A program made the translations under genes and the position numbers. Below the pieces are notes generated by a model. That model searched no databases and had not been told where the DNA came from. It saw only the letters and a list, made by a program, of their open reading frames with translations. A stretch of 63,003 nt of DNA, the filler included, from Choristocarpus tenellus KU-1152 (Eukaryota; Protista; Phaeophyceae): assembly GCA_964200185.2 (NCBI GenBank). It is 9 parts of 9 records of this genome, joined end to end, with 100 filler letters (N's around TTAATTAATTAA, not from the genome) between each part and the next. Parts side by side here need not be neighbours in the genome. Positions count along the whole stretch, not along the records: positions 1 to 3,790 come from CAXNAD020017903.1; positions 3,891 to 8,044 come from CAXNAD020015941.1; positions 8,145 to 18,028 come from CAXNAD020003309.1; 6 more parts are not named here. One strand, written 5' to 3'. Shown here piece after piece: positions 1 to 12,380 of the stretch. Position 1 is the stretch's first letter. Each line of letters starts with the position of its first letter.

Positions 1-1498
1 GGGTAAGGGATCAGGGGGTACCAGTTTGATGAATAGAATACTTCAATCAAGGTACCTATTGCTACACAAAAGGATGCAGCAAAAAACTGTGATTACTTAG
101 ATCCTTGGCACTCCACCACAAAAACCACAATACCAATTGATGAAATACATGTATGGAGGGCAAGAGGAACCCCCTTTTCGAGGGTGATACTTGCCACCTA
201 GTGCTAAGAAGAGCGTTAGGGTTAGTTGGCGGCACAGTGTAACCATGAAAAATCACAGTACGTGTGGAATCACTCGGACTACTGTTGACCAGAAGTATTG
301 TAACACCATACCATCCTGTGAACCACAGATTGGGAATTTTCCGGATCTGTCAACAGGTTGCCCCGTAACACCCTCTATATCAAACGCTGGTTGAATTAAA
401 AGAGCATAGAAATAGTGTGCACATCACATAGACACCCAAAATAAGGTGTGCTTTTCTTCCTTTCATTTTTTGTCTTACAACGTTGCAATTAATGCCACCA
501 TTTTTTCTTCAACTCCAACCAAACCACTACACAATATAAACTTGAACACCTTGTAAGTGCAAATGCGATCAAGGAAGTGTCAGTGTGCTGAGTGGAGTCT
601 GGCCTCTTTATCTGTTTGAACTACTATGCAGAGTAGTAGTATCGTATAACACAATTCAAGGTTCAGGACTTAAGGGAGGACGCCTAGAAGTCAAAGAGCT
701 TTCCATCATGGTCATGTTGAGATTGATCATTAACAAGAATAATTACTGAACTAGTAACTGATACAACCCCCCCCCCCAACATGTCTATTGGCAGTAGCAG
801 AACAGCCCACATTTCGAATACTATATGTGAACCAAATCAAACCCGATGAGTACAGTATGTTCCCACGCAACACCACCTTTCTCCTTTCACAACATCATCG
901 CCCTTCTACAACTACAATCAACAAGCAACAGTCTTCCAAATCCAAAGCACCTACGAGCACACACATACATAATACCATATATCGCCCTGAATTTTTTTGT
1001 ATGCACTTTATCAAACCAAAGCATGCTATGTACAAGAATAGAAGGAGCCACAAGAAAGCTCCAAGTGCTCAAAGGACGTTCAAAGCATATCGCTCAGCAA
1101 GCATGCATACGTACAGCTAAAGCAATTGACTATCCAAAAAAGGAGTATATTACAACCTCCACTAGCCTTCCATTACAAAACAAACAGCAGCGCAACAATT
1201 TCTTTTTGGGTTCAACCTCCTCGTCATTCCTTGCCCCCAAGAGCTTTTTTTTTTTGGTTGCAATCGGTTGATGCCAACCTGAACAACAACAGCATATGCA
1301 TCTACACACACACAAAATAAATAAAATAATCAATAGAAAAAAAGCAATTTGATCTGGAAACTGCACGTAAGAAATGAAGAAATTGAATGCAAATAAATCG
1401 AACCCCATCAAACTTGGCATCGCAGTCACACACACACACACAAACTTTGAAGCAATCCTAGCCATGCTCGAACACAACACAGTCATGTATGTACGTAC

Positions 1499-3717
1499 CT
1501 GCCCCAACAGCGCCCTTGCTATGCTCAGCCCTGAGCTCCGTCACAAGACTGATGGGGTTCATCCCCGCGTTCTCTGCCAATGTGTACGGGATTACCTCCA
1601 GGGCTGCTCTCGTCAACCAATAACAGCAACACATAGTAGCGAGAGTTGGATGTCAGCCTCATGTTGACAAAACTAAAATACAACAGTGTGTATACATACT
1701 AAAATATAAAGAGGTACACCTTCCCTTGACAAAAAGGAACGGGCACTGTAGCAGGAGGGTGTTTGAGCTACTACAAAAGGCAAAGACGTAAAAAAAAGAA
1801 CTATCCGCAAACAAAAATTAACTTCCCTTCACCAGTTCAAATTGGATGTAATATCTAGCTCTCTAAAATTAAATAAACAAAAAGAATTACGTGAGAGAGA
1901 GGGAGACATAGACGAAAAATCTGCACACACCCATAATACAGTACATACAAGAACATCGCCACTCTGCCTTCTGTATTCATGGGGCACTGAGCTGGTATCT
2001 TGACGAGAATCAACACATGCAAGATGTTCTACAATTTCATCACCTACACTCCCCAAAAACAACAACGAAGTAAAAGCTACAATACCCAGCACTACACACA
2101 GTACTAAGCAGACCGGCCAAATGAACAAAACATTTATTGTGAGCTAGCTACCACTCCAAAGTATCCAATAACTCTCACTCACCCTCCCCATAAGCTTGTA
2201 TGCAGTACCCCTTCATCCCTGTCTGTGACTTAGCCCACTCCGACAGTTTCATCGCCACCTCCGTTTCCGCAGCCCCTCCTCCTGCAATCAAGAACCTTTT
2301 CTTCACCTGACAAAAAAAAGTTGATAAAAATATCAAGGCGTCAGTCAAAAAGTAAAATAGACTTGTTGCAGGCAAGGTACGACCACGCAAAAAGTCATTT
2401 ACGCCCTTTCATCAAATCACTGCCATCACCGACAGCTGCTGTCAAAATCGTAACCCGACAAAGCTCTGCGAACCTCCGGTTTTCTCAGTCGAAAGGAAAT
2501 CGGTAAGGTCTGGACTCAGTCCACGACCCAGCCCCTCAGATCTCACTTATCTTCAATCATGCCTCAGCTACAGTTCTTGGATTGGTTTTAGTTTCGAAAT
2601 TGTGTCTCTACCCGTATGTGCATGCGATGTGGGGGTGTGTGTGATCACACCATGAAATCAAACATGCATTGGGATAACCGGGGAGAGAAGAGAGGGGGTA
2701 AAAGAACCCCCCCCCTCTTCTGATGAGGGAAATACATACTATCGCCATTTGGAACACAAGTGGCAATTTTTTTTTCTTTTTTTTCCATGCTGTAGACATC
2801 AAAAATAGTAGAGTATGTATCCAGGCTGATTTCTTCCAGATTATGGAAACATCTTCATTACAGGGGAACAGCGGGTGAAGGGGATGAGACTAAATAATCC
2901 TTGAAAGTATCACAACCCATCCACTACAGCACTGTGGTGAGCATAGGTTTTCAGAATTAACCACACAATTCAAAAACGGGCAATGAATGTAGTGACTGCA
3001 TCACATCACCTTCAAAAATTCAAAATCGTGTTCTGAATGGAGTTTCTTTTTTTAATGGAAAGGGAATATTTGCTATGGTGATCAAAGTATTTTGATTTGT
3101 CAAACGGTAATGGAACTACCGACTCTCTCAACTAACTTCTTATCTTTATTTATTGGCACTCAACACTTCATGTGCAATTTGATTCTTTTGAGTATATGGC
3201 AAAGATTCTTGAGCTGATTTATGACCCTTTCGTGTATTTATTAATCCACAACATTACTGTTTAGAAATCCCCCACCAAAGTACATCCTGAGCCCCACCAC
3301 AGCAGCTAAATCCAAAGCGTTCAACCATATCTATATACGTACATTTGGGAAAAAATGGTATAATACGGAAATAGTACAAAACTAATATTTTTATTTAGAA
3401 ATGAGACTTGACAAACTGCAAACAACATTTCCCTCCCCCCCCCCCCCCCCAACAAAACAACAAATATTTTTNNNNNNNNNNAAAAACAAATTTACAAAAC
3501 TAAAAACCACATTTCCCCCACCCACCCCCCCAAAAAAAAAAAACACATTTTTTTTCTTTTCAAAATATATATAATCAACCAAACTCACCAGTGATCGAAC
3601 CACACAAAGAGCATCATGCACACTGCGGTCTGCCTCATCCAGCACCATTCTGTTTGACCCTCGAAGGAGTATAGTTGTGGTCTTACCAGTACCCGTCACA
3701 CCTGTCGCCTTCACCAC
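1499..3717 (-). CDS. CCT4: T-complex protein 1 subunit delta (CCT4), partial: three C-terminal-region exons
   Basis: Exons 3717-3589 ([43 protein letters not shown]), 2306-2183 ([41 protein letters not shown]) and 1603-1499 ([36 protein letters not shown]). All junctions are GT-AG and phase-compatible. RGSN..VLDEA.RS.HDALCV.R.LVKKR.LIAGGGA and [14 protein letters not shown] are CCT-delta motifs. The 5' exons are lost at the spacer and the last exon was not found in the window. Confidence 0.92.
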
Positions 3718-3790
3718 CTACATTTTTTGTTTGTTTGTTTGTCATATCACACCACATCACGTTAGGCAAGGCAGGTGGGTGGGGGAGGGG

Positions 3791-3890
3791 NNNNNNNNNN
3801 NNNNNNNNNNNNNNNNNNNNNNNNNNNNNNNNNNTTAATTAATTAANNNNNNNNNNNNNNNNNNNNNNNNNNNNNNNNNNNNNNNNNNNN
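3791..3890. other. Artificial contig-join spacer (N~44-TTAATTAATTAA-N~44), first of eight
   Basis: The same ~100-bp spacer with all-frame stops also occurs at ~8045-8143, 18029-18128, 42519-42618, 45125-45224, 49496-49595, 52119-52218 and 56410-56509. Confidence 0.95.
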
Positions 3891-4326
3891 GGGTGTTTGG
3901 GGTGGGGGGGTGGGGTGGGGTGGGGTGGGGTGGGGTGGGGGGGGGGCTGTTCATGATGCAAAGCTTTGGCATCGGGTTGAGCAAAATGCCCTCCTTCGAG
4001 GGACAGGAATCAGAGGGGGTGATAAAACAACATTCATTGAGACTTGGAGGGTACTAATATAATACCACCATCAGAGGCAGTACTTCTAAGGCAGGTTTAA
4101 AAGATGCACAATCTGGAGAGTCTATCACACTATGCACAGAGCATTTATATCCTCGTATCAGATAGTGGTATGTATGTACAGACTCGAAGCAGTGGAAACT
4201 TTAAAATATTTTCCGTACCACCCTCCCCTTCCCTTCTGCCCAAAACACGCATTTAAAATAGTATTGTATTTTCATACCTCTCCTCTCCCTCCAATCTCTA
4301 CAGACCAACTTGAAAGAGATCCTGTC

Positions 4327-4516
4327 GCACAGACTCCCGGTATACTTTTTTAAAATTCCATTTTTTAATTTAAAAACGCATGGCATTGACGGGGTTTGAA
4401 CCCACGAAATTCACACAGGTAGCACAGACTCCCGGTGGTACACTTTTTAAGATTCCAATTTAAAAAAAAAACGCACGGCATTGAAGGGGTTTGAACCCAC
4501 GAAATTCACACAGGTA
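4327..4516 (-). repeat. ~95-bp direct duplication carrying a tRNA T-arm/B-box-like motif (SINE-like fragment)
   Basis: Two copies start at 4327 and 4422 (gcacagactcccggt...ggcattga.ggggtttgaacccacgaaattcacacaggta). The reverse complement contains GTGGGTTCAAACCCC. Confidence 0.6.
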
Positions 4517-4736
4517 ACAACACTAAGAAATAATAAAAATGTATAGATAGATAAGATACAGATTCTCAACACACCTTGTCACTCTACACTACAGCACACA
4601 CACACTCTGTACATCGATACAAATCCAAAACTATCAACAACAACAACAAAAGGTACGACCACAAAAAAATAAAATAATATATATATATACATATACGCAC
4701 TTAAACACACGTAAAGAGAATCTCGTGAAAAAAAAG

Positions 4737-4758
4737 CTAACCCTAACCCTAACCCTAA
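4737..4758 (+). repeat. Short interstitial telomere-like (CCCTAA)n tract
   Basis: ctaaccctaaccctaaccctaa. A similar tract lies at ~37522-37539. Confidence 0.6.
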
Positions 4759-4769
4759 ACACCCAGGAA

Positions 4770-6620
4770 TTAAGGCGATTTGTCTGCGCGGCGATCGTGG
4801 TGTTCATGTCCAGACATACAGCTCCTAACGCTTTCGTTGACGCCTCCAGGTGTACGGGATGAAAAACAGAAGAAAAGAAAACGGTATTTAATAAAATCTT
4901 CCCATCCGCTTCGAGCGTTGAGAATACGGAACCGTTCTGGCGATAAGACCATTCGCACGGAATGCACTGTCTTACTTGATGATGATGCTTTTTCAATTGC
5001 TGTGCACGGATGCATTTCACTGTCAAATGGCGACAAAGAAACGCACACACGCACACTCACTGTACTCGAAGTAGAACAGGTTGTCTTCTCATTTCTGCTG
5101 TCATACATACATATATATATATACATATACATATATTAATTTTGATTTTTCCCCTTGGAATACAAATATCATCGAGTATTACGTTGCACAGACTCTCTTC
5201 TTTTTGACCTCGACGAATCCATTCCTGTTACACACGCTACTACTTGCCTACACATTGAAGCGGAAAGGGCAGGAACTGCGGGAGTGCGCACTGTTCATTG
5301 TTCATGGTGGGGGGGGGGTCCCACACAGCAAAAAAAAGAAGAAGAGAGCGTGGTTTACGTGATTAGAACAACGACCCACGCAATAGAGCACCACCACACG
5401 ACATCGACTCGCAACGTACCTGATGCTCCTCCAGAAACAAGCCTCGCTGCAGGACAGAAAGGGCTCCCTTGGCCACTGGCACCGCCCCTTCCAACCTCAG
5501 TGCCGGATTGCTCTTCACCACCATCTGAAAATGCCATAGAAAAACAAAAAATGGTGACCATGGTCAATAAGGGAGGGCGGCTATATCAAGGGAAATGCGC
5601 GGGCCTTCAGAAGTGTTTGGGAGCGACCTGTTGGAAAATCTGCCAGTTTCACAAAGTAGAACCGTAAGAAAAAGAAAAAGAAATTTTCACTCTCAGTGAG
5701 TTGGCGTAGCGGTATCAAATACACTGTTGACAGAACAAGTCTAGTTCCTCTGTTCAATTCGGCATCAGTTCAAACGGTTGGCGTGGGTGTGGGAATCAAA
5801 CTGTTCAACATTACTCTGAACAGAGGAGGGTACTAGATTACATTGTAAACCGTTCCAATATTGTTGACAGGGGATTGAATATAAACAATATATACATTGG
5901 GGGTAACTGAATGCTTGGATGTAGGGAGGAGAGGGGTGGAAGGGGGGGCATAAATTACTGTCATGGGGTTAGTACAAGCGGACAATCATAGACTCTCTTA
6001 AGGGGGGAAGGGGATGCGTAAGGAAATTGGGATTGTTGCATGTATTAGGGGATGGGAAGGGGTGCAAATGATGCGGGGAGAGGGTTAGAACCTATGGTAG
6101 ACATATGTTAGATCAATGCTGATGGGACAATTCAGAGAGATGAGAAGTGTTGACCTCATTTTGCGGTGGAGATTTGCACAGTTTTGCATACTTATCTGGC
6201 ATGGCTACTTCTCTTCACAGGAAACTCTCGAAATAGCAATACAGTTGGTGTTACAAAACGAAATATAGGGCATTACTCTTCATGTTTATCCTCGATTATT
6301 GATCAATTCTGTGTTGTCGAGAACACACCACAGCATCTTCCGACGTGAGCTTGACATCAGCCAAGAGGAACACGACCAGCTCCATGCCAGCCTCGGACAT
6401 GCTCCTTTTCTCAGGCGGTAAGACAGGTGGTGCATGTGCCACTACTTCTCCGGTCTTGACCGTTCCTGGCACATCTGGTAGGCTTGGCGTGCCCTCCAAC
6501 TGTTTTTCCTTTCCCGACTCTATCGATAATGGCACATCAGGATTTCCAGCGGAGATCATTTCTGCATCCCCTGGGGCTTCTGCAGCCGATTTGCTGTCCA
6601 AGTGTTTCAGTATTTCGCAC
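4770..6620 (-). CDS. Possible exons of an unidentified gene (low confidence)
   Basis: GC-richer open segments with coding-like composition: ~6620-6300 (EILKHLDSKSAAEAPGDAEMISAGNPDVPLSIESGKEKQLEG...), ~5525-5420 (DGGEEQSGTEVGRGGASGQG, flanked by ttttcag and gtacg on the - strand) and ~5060-4770. No recognisable family and no consistent splice model. Confidence 0.25.
5696..5790 (+). mobile_element. tRNA-derived SINE-like head (Pol III A-box and B-box)
   Basis: A-box TGGCGTAGCGG at 5702-5712 and B-box GTTCAATTC at 5752-5760, ~40 bp apart. No convincing cloverleaf or acceptor stem, so not called a tRNA. Confidence 0.5.
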
Positions 6621-7544
6621 GGTGGACGTACGACAGAGAAGGCAAAGGAGTGGAGCAACAGGAGAAAGGCTACTGGGTTGGGCACAAGGTGCGTATTAGA
6701 TGGACAACAATGCGTGATAGCAGAATCAAACGCGACCACTTGTAAGGTACTCTTCCTCTTAAGGTGGTTGAAAGTCACCTCGACTGCGTGGCGTACTATC
6801 CAAAGCAGTCGGTCGGCGTATGGAGAAGGTTACAATACCCCAATCATAGAGGACAAATACAGGAATATTATCGAAACCTGGCGGATACAATCATCTGGAT
6901 AGCATTGCGTACCTCTGACTACAGCTCAGCTGTGTCATATATTCAGCACTGCATCTTCCTCCCACCCCTCCCAACCACCCAACCTTTCGCGCAGAAGAAG
7001 GGTAGGACCAATGTCCACGTCGGTCACGGCCAGCCTTTGATCTTCTTGTATGATATGTATCCTTCTTTATGATCGGTATTTGCCAAGCTAGATGCTGGTG
7101 CAAGGAAACACCGATCGACAAACCTGCGCAATTGTTTTGTGCGCGTCGACAACCAGGAGTTGCAGGGCCAGATGCAGCAAAGGCAGGCAATGTTTTGCCC
7201 ATGATGATAGCAAGCAAGCAAATCAACATTTTTCGCATACTTCTGTAAGGTGTGGTCTCCTGGTACTCAGGAAAAGATCACGATCCTGAAGCAGGCAAAA
7301 TAGGTGTAGTTGTGGATGGTGCCTCAATTTCGAGTTGCAGTACCGCCTCAAGAAATGAGAGAACTCCAAGGTATTTTTTTTGTTGCTGTCTAGTTTGAGT
7401 TCTTCTTCCTCCAAAACATAAAATCAAAACATAATATATAAAATATATAGTGCCTAGAGACATCTCACTACTATTACACACAACTAAAGTAGTTAACAAC
7501 GCCTTGGGATGTTGTTGAGCAGGAGGGTATAACACCAGAGAAAC

Positions 7545-8000
7545 AATGTGATCGACCTGGATCATGGACCATTCACATGTGTTCGTGATGCGTGTCTTAC
7601 TGGAACTCTGACAAAGAATGTCCCTTTGCATATGCGTTTTATTGGTCTGCGGAAGGCGTAAACCCGAGTAGAACTCTATCGATTAAGACCTTCCAAGTTG
7701 GAATGCGGGCTTGTGTACGGATAGATGACGGAAAATACTCAGACTGGTTCAGTGTTGAAAAAGGCCTCAGTTAAGGGTATGTTCTCGACATTTTGCTGTA
7801 TAATATATTCATTTCCTGCAGTGCTCACTGTAGTATTGGAGAGGTTCAGCACCTAAGGGGTTATCTCTAAAGAAGATTTTAGCTGCACAGGAGAGCTACT
7901 ACTAACAAGAAACACAAAGCCTTTTGGCCGGGGGGAGGACATTAAGAGATGCCTTCACAGTTCCTGCTACAGTGTGGCGTATCCTATATCTTGCTGATCT
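7545..8000 (+). mobile_element. Degenerate RTE-like non-LTR retrotransposon reverse transcriptase fragment
   Basis: Frameshifted pieces KNVPLHMRFIGLRKA* (cf. xxPLYxCFIDLxKAY), GMRACVRIDDGKYSDWFSVEKGLS*GYVL (cf. GLRQGCVL), AVLTVVLERF and VWRILYLAD (cf. LYADD). Stops and indels throughout. Confidence 0.8.
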
Positions 8001-8208
8001 GAGCTAACATGAACAATCCTTATTTGTCCATTTGCTACCAAGTCNNNNNNNNNNNNNNNNNNNNNNNNNNNNNNNNNNNNNNNNNNNNTTAATTAATTAA
8101 NNNNNNNNNNNNNNNNNNNNNNNNNNNNNNNNNNNNNNNNNNNNGTTGATTTGGTTACATACGTCAAATGGACAACGTAAATGTACTTTTCCTGATTTTG
8201 GTCCAAGT

Positions 8209-8442
8209 GGACACCCTGCTGTAGACCCCCCCCCCCCCCCAGATACTTTGGGTCTTTCATCTACAAGAATATGATATAATCAAACACTTACACTGGTTGG
8301 ACAGGCCATTTATATTTGTCAAAGCCCACATAGATTCTTCTAAATTGTGATTGCAGGAGCTCTTGAATCTCAGCAATTCCTTTTGTCCTGTTCAAGACCC
8401 AAAGTATCTGGGAGGGGGGGGGGGGGCTACACTAGGGTGTCC
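8209..8442. mobile_element. MITE/foldback element family A
   Basis: Left end ggacaccctgctgtagac(C)n-agatactttgggtctt is the near reverse complement of right end aagacccaaagtatctgg(G)n-ctacactagggtgtcc. The same terminus motif recurs at ~8474-8524, 13420-13452, ~18292-18308 and 52061-52114. Confidence 0.75.
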
Positions 8443-9199
8443 CTTTNNNNNNNNNNCCAAAAATCGTGACACGAAAAAATTGACCCCAATTGGACAGCCG
8501 CTACCCCCTCCCAGATACTTTGAGACTCAAGCAAAATCACAAAGGTTACTTGAACTGTGTATTTCATCAACTCGGCGCCACAGAGATGACCTGGTCTAGG
8601 GTTTTACACTTGCATAGAGACAGAGCATGTAAGGCGTATCCCAAAACACACATATTTGACAAAAACAGAGGACGGGGTGATATCTGGAATTATCTGTGGG
8701 CCATCACTCCACCAGCCAAGCACACTCCCTGAGCAACCATCTCAATCTTGATGTTTCCCCTCTTCATGTATTTCCCTGCTGTTGGGAACCCGGAAAGGTG
8801 GTCCAGCCAGGATCAGAACCTACAATCCCATGTCCCTGATCTTTGTCAAATACTGGGATACCATTGTACAACCAAGATAGACACTTGCAGTGATGGCTCG
8901 TGGACTTTGCCGCGTATCATTCCAATGTCTGACTTGACTGGCAATATACCTGAATGTCCCTTAATATCATTAGCTTTTGCCAAGGGTATGTCCGAAAATG
9001 TTTGGCAGGTGTTCTCGTTGAGAAGATATGTCATGCAGTGTCCGCAGACCTATGATCAGAAAGGTGTTACAATTAGTCGAATCAACAACCAGTGACATTC
9101 CGCCCTTTCCTCTCCTTCACCATAACTAATCAAGGATCAATACAGTGTCAGTGTTGAGAATGCACTCTCTTTCCTTTACAATCTTGCCGAAGGGCAAGG

Positions 9200-11790
9200 T
9201 GGGTTGGACGCCCAACACCAGACAATCGGGCTACTATTGGATGACTTTGATGGTTCAATTGATATGGGCTTGGTGATTCTCGGGAGAATGGCTCACCTTG
9301 AGGGTCTTGAAATGTTGAAGCAGGCAGACCACGATGCGGTGAGAGCTTTCAAAGTGTCTTGTCTTTTTACACCACGGACACCATGAATAACTAGCATTTT
9401 TGCCTCATTCAAAATTCACCCCATAAAACCCTGTGCATGCTTTGACCCATCTATATTTGACTAGGCTAGACGGCTCGAAGGTAACTTGTCTGAAACCTGG
9501 AACTGCAGGTTGTGGATCAAAACAAAGATGCTAGCAATGAGGTGCTGGACACCCAGAGCGTTTGTTCTTTCGTATCTCCTCTTGGCGGTGGACTGGGAGG
9601 GCTGGAATGGGCTCTGGGCTTGGTGTTTCCCATGGCCTATCAAGGGCAACATGGAAGCATCGAGGTAAGTATCCTTAAGTTGCATCCATTATGCTTCTTC
9701 CTCTCCTCCATGCCTCGACCTGATTCTCCTCCTATTGCGATTGACAGCCCGTCTCCTAGAAAAACTAATGCATCCCTATTTCTCCTATCATGCTCACCTG
9801 AATACAAAGGACTACTCCCTCCGTGAAAACAACAACGCGAGGGCTTCTAGGGAAGGGAGCATCACGATTGATGACTTTCAACTTTACTATCAGTCAGGGC
9901 ACTACGAAGTTCTGATAGACTGGAAATCGGAGTTGGGAGAGCTTCTCGTGTTCCTGGATTCGAGGTTGAGTCCTGTACCATTCGCTGCCGAGAGCAGCAT
10001 GCAAAATGCAACTGGCAATGTAAGCCAGATTCAGCCCCATGCACTCTATTTGTCCTGAGTAAGACTATCTCCAGCTAATGACCCAAGCAACCCTCAAATC
10101 TCAAATCTACAAGGGTTTCCAATTCCAAGGTACCAGCATAACAACGGAAGCACTCCCAGAAGGGTTATCCTCGAAATTTTGTACTTTCTTGTGCAGTGCA
10201 TACCCACTCAGTGCAAGCCAAGTATACGTATATTTAGGTTACTACCGAGTGCAATGCAATTCCTGGTTATTTTGGAGTACCAGTCGGCTCCAAAACGGGT
10301 GGGAAGTTGGAGAAAATTTCGAACTCTCCTGGACCTCAAACTGTCCTGATCACAATGAATGGGTGAAGGCATTCTGTCTCTAGGCCTCCTTGCATTTTTT
10401 CCCTTTGCTCCTCAAGTCCTAGGTGCACATTATGTAGATACTGATGGTCAAGATCAAACATAGACAGCACCATACGTTACTCCAGAGTACACGGTATGCC
10501 TTGTGTTGCTATAAACAAATACCCCCTTTTAATTTCATGGATGTTCAGTTACCTAGATATTTGAACAATTTCTACTCCTTGAAGTTGAAGTTGGTTTAGG
10601 GTGAGGACCGGGGCTAAGGGCTGCTGGGAGAGAGATAGACAATAGGCCAATGAAATATATATTGTGTGTATATATCATACAAGTGCTTTCCTCCAGATAA
10701 GAGCAGTGCACTATGTGTGCACATTTGAAAGATGTTTTTATAAAAAGACAAAGAATTGCCAGAGGAGTTATTATGTGACAAATAGAATATACGGAAATAG
10801 TTGCAGATTTTGTAAATTTCAGTCATCACGAAAAGGCCAATGAGAGTGATGAAATCGGTGATGACTTTATGAAGGAGGAAATAAATATATCAATTTTAGA
10901 CTATTCATCAAAACTATTACTACATCAAAAGATAACTCCGAATTTTATGTACAAACCGGGCCGTCCGTCTACAATAACCTAGACTGGGCACGACGAGGCA
11001 TTCACATACATTACGTAGCATTCCATATGAACAGTGGAGAGGAACAAATGCTTCAAGCACATCTCAACCATATCTAGACCAAAAATGAGCACAGTGCATC
11101 CCGGGCCTCCTGATTCGGTGCCCCAAATTTGCACTATCACATGGTCAGTAGAACCATAATAATTTGTAAAGGGTGGATTCGTTCAGGATCAGGGTCTCCT
11201 GTTGTAGTCTTGTGGGATGTGTACTTGTAGCAAACTGGAGGGCAATGTCCCACTTTGGGGATCAAGTTCTGTAACCCAATGGGCGATACCTGCATTTCAG
11301 ACGTGGGAAATTGGGTGACAAGTGAAATTATCTTAGGGGGCACGAATTTTGCCCTGTTTGTCCATTTGGGGCTTGGCTTCCCATGGGTGTTATTATGACA
11401 TTTTCCTGCTCCAAAATTATGACATTTTCCTACTCCAATATTGTTTAGGAGTAGGCAAAATGTCAATAAAAACCCATGGGAAGTCAAGCCCCAAATGGAC
11501 AAACAGGACAAAATTCGTACCCTCTAAGATACTTTCACTCAACTCTGACAGGCAGAGTGCTTATCAAGACAAAATGCCGAGAAGTGCCGAAAATAGACCC
11601 CTCTCTTAGATATCATGCCTCCCAAAACAACACTCTCCTCCCACAATCAATCAGAATATCTCCAGAGTACATTTATGGGACTACACGGGTTGGTGGAGCA
11701 TGCTCTCTTGGCTAGTCTATGCACTTAGCAATTGGGATAGCCTTCACTCTCCTCACACCATTGGGTAGCATCCATTCTACCACCTGCAAT
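9200..11790 (+). mobile_element. Highly decayed DIRS/Ngaro-like (tyrosine recombinase) retroelement remnant
   Basis: Ordered motif-like remnants: ALYLS*VRLSPANDPS (~10040-10090, like the RNase H end NPADxPSR), SSKFCTFLCSAYPLSASQVYVYLGY (YR N-terminal-like), GLLAFF (~10385) and PEYIYGTTRVGGAC (~11660-11703, cf. YSxHSLRxGGAT). Interrupted by MITE B. Motifs are weak. Confidence 0.4.
11321..11539. mobile_element. MITE/foldback element family B (long imperfect palindrome)
   Basis: 11321-11388 (agtgaaattatcttagggggcacgaattttgccctgtttgtccatttggggcttggcttcccatgggt) pairs with 11472-11539 (acccatgggaagtcaagccccaaatggacaaacaggacaaaattcgtaccctctaagatactttcact). There are inner inverted tgacattttcct/aggcaaaatgtca motifs. 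Confidence 0.85.
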
Positions 11791-11839
11791 ATCCCGGACT
11801 GCATCGCAGGTTGGGGCTAGATCATGTGAAACTTGTAGA

Positions 11840-12380
11840 GGAAAATGTAATGGGCCTTAGATCTAGGTAGCGAAAGGCTAAGGACACCTTCCACAACAAA
11901 CCTAACCGTCACTCTGCCAACACCTCAAAACACTTCAGGCTCTAAATCGGGTCTCCTCCAAGGTATGTGTACATGTAAATACAAGTAAATGGGTCGAGCT
12001 TGAAATGACTGATACCAGTGACAGCTTGAGTGGTTGCAAAGACTTGCGCGCGATAACAGGTGACCAAGGATCGCTAGGTAAAGTAAACATGGTGCTTGGC
12101 ATGGCATTTAATGACGGAAACTCTTCCTCTTAGGCCCAATCAAAGCACCCGACTCCTATTCTAGCTTCTGAACTTTGCAACTTTTCAAATTATTCCAGAA
12201 AATGCTCTAGAGCAATTGGTTGAGCTCAGACCCTTCATGCATCGACCTTGTGGCCGAAACCAGGCAATAAATGCGCTGATAGCACTTCCTCGAATACCCC
12301 CCACATGATTTGTTCTATCGCAGGTCCTCGAATTTGATGCCAGATTGGGGCTGGCCATGAAGGCGAGCCTGGAATCCACG
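11840..12380 (-). mobile_element. Second possible tyrosine-recombinase remnant, opposite orientation
   Basis: - strand pieces NLASNSRT...AISAFIAWF (YR N-terminal-like) and SLPRSKAH (cf. xxRSKTD). Many stops. Confidence 0.25.

Noticed and set aside
600-800. Final CCT4 exon
   Set aside because: No frame gives the expected QPLLVS/LKIDD-type C-terminus; the exon probably lies left of the window.
3835-3846. Recurrent TTAATTAATTAA motif as a biological repeat or regulatory site
   Set aside because: It is always centred in N-runs of the same length, so it is an artificial all-frame-stop linker.
4737-4758. True chromosome end
   Set aside because: Only ~3.5 units, internal to a contig.
5696-5790. 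Functional tRNA gene
   Set aside because: A and B boxes are present, but I could not fold acceptor and anticodon stems.
6345-6902. 185-aa + strand ORF
   Set aside because: Its Ser/Thr-rich composition looks like the antisense shadow of the more coding-like - strand frame.
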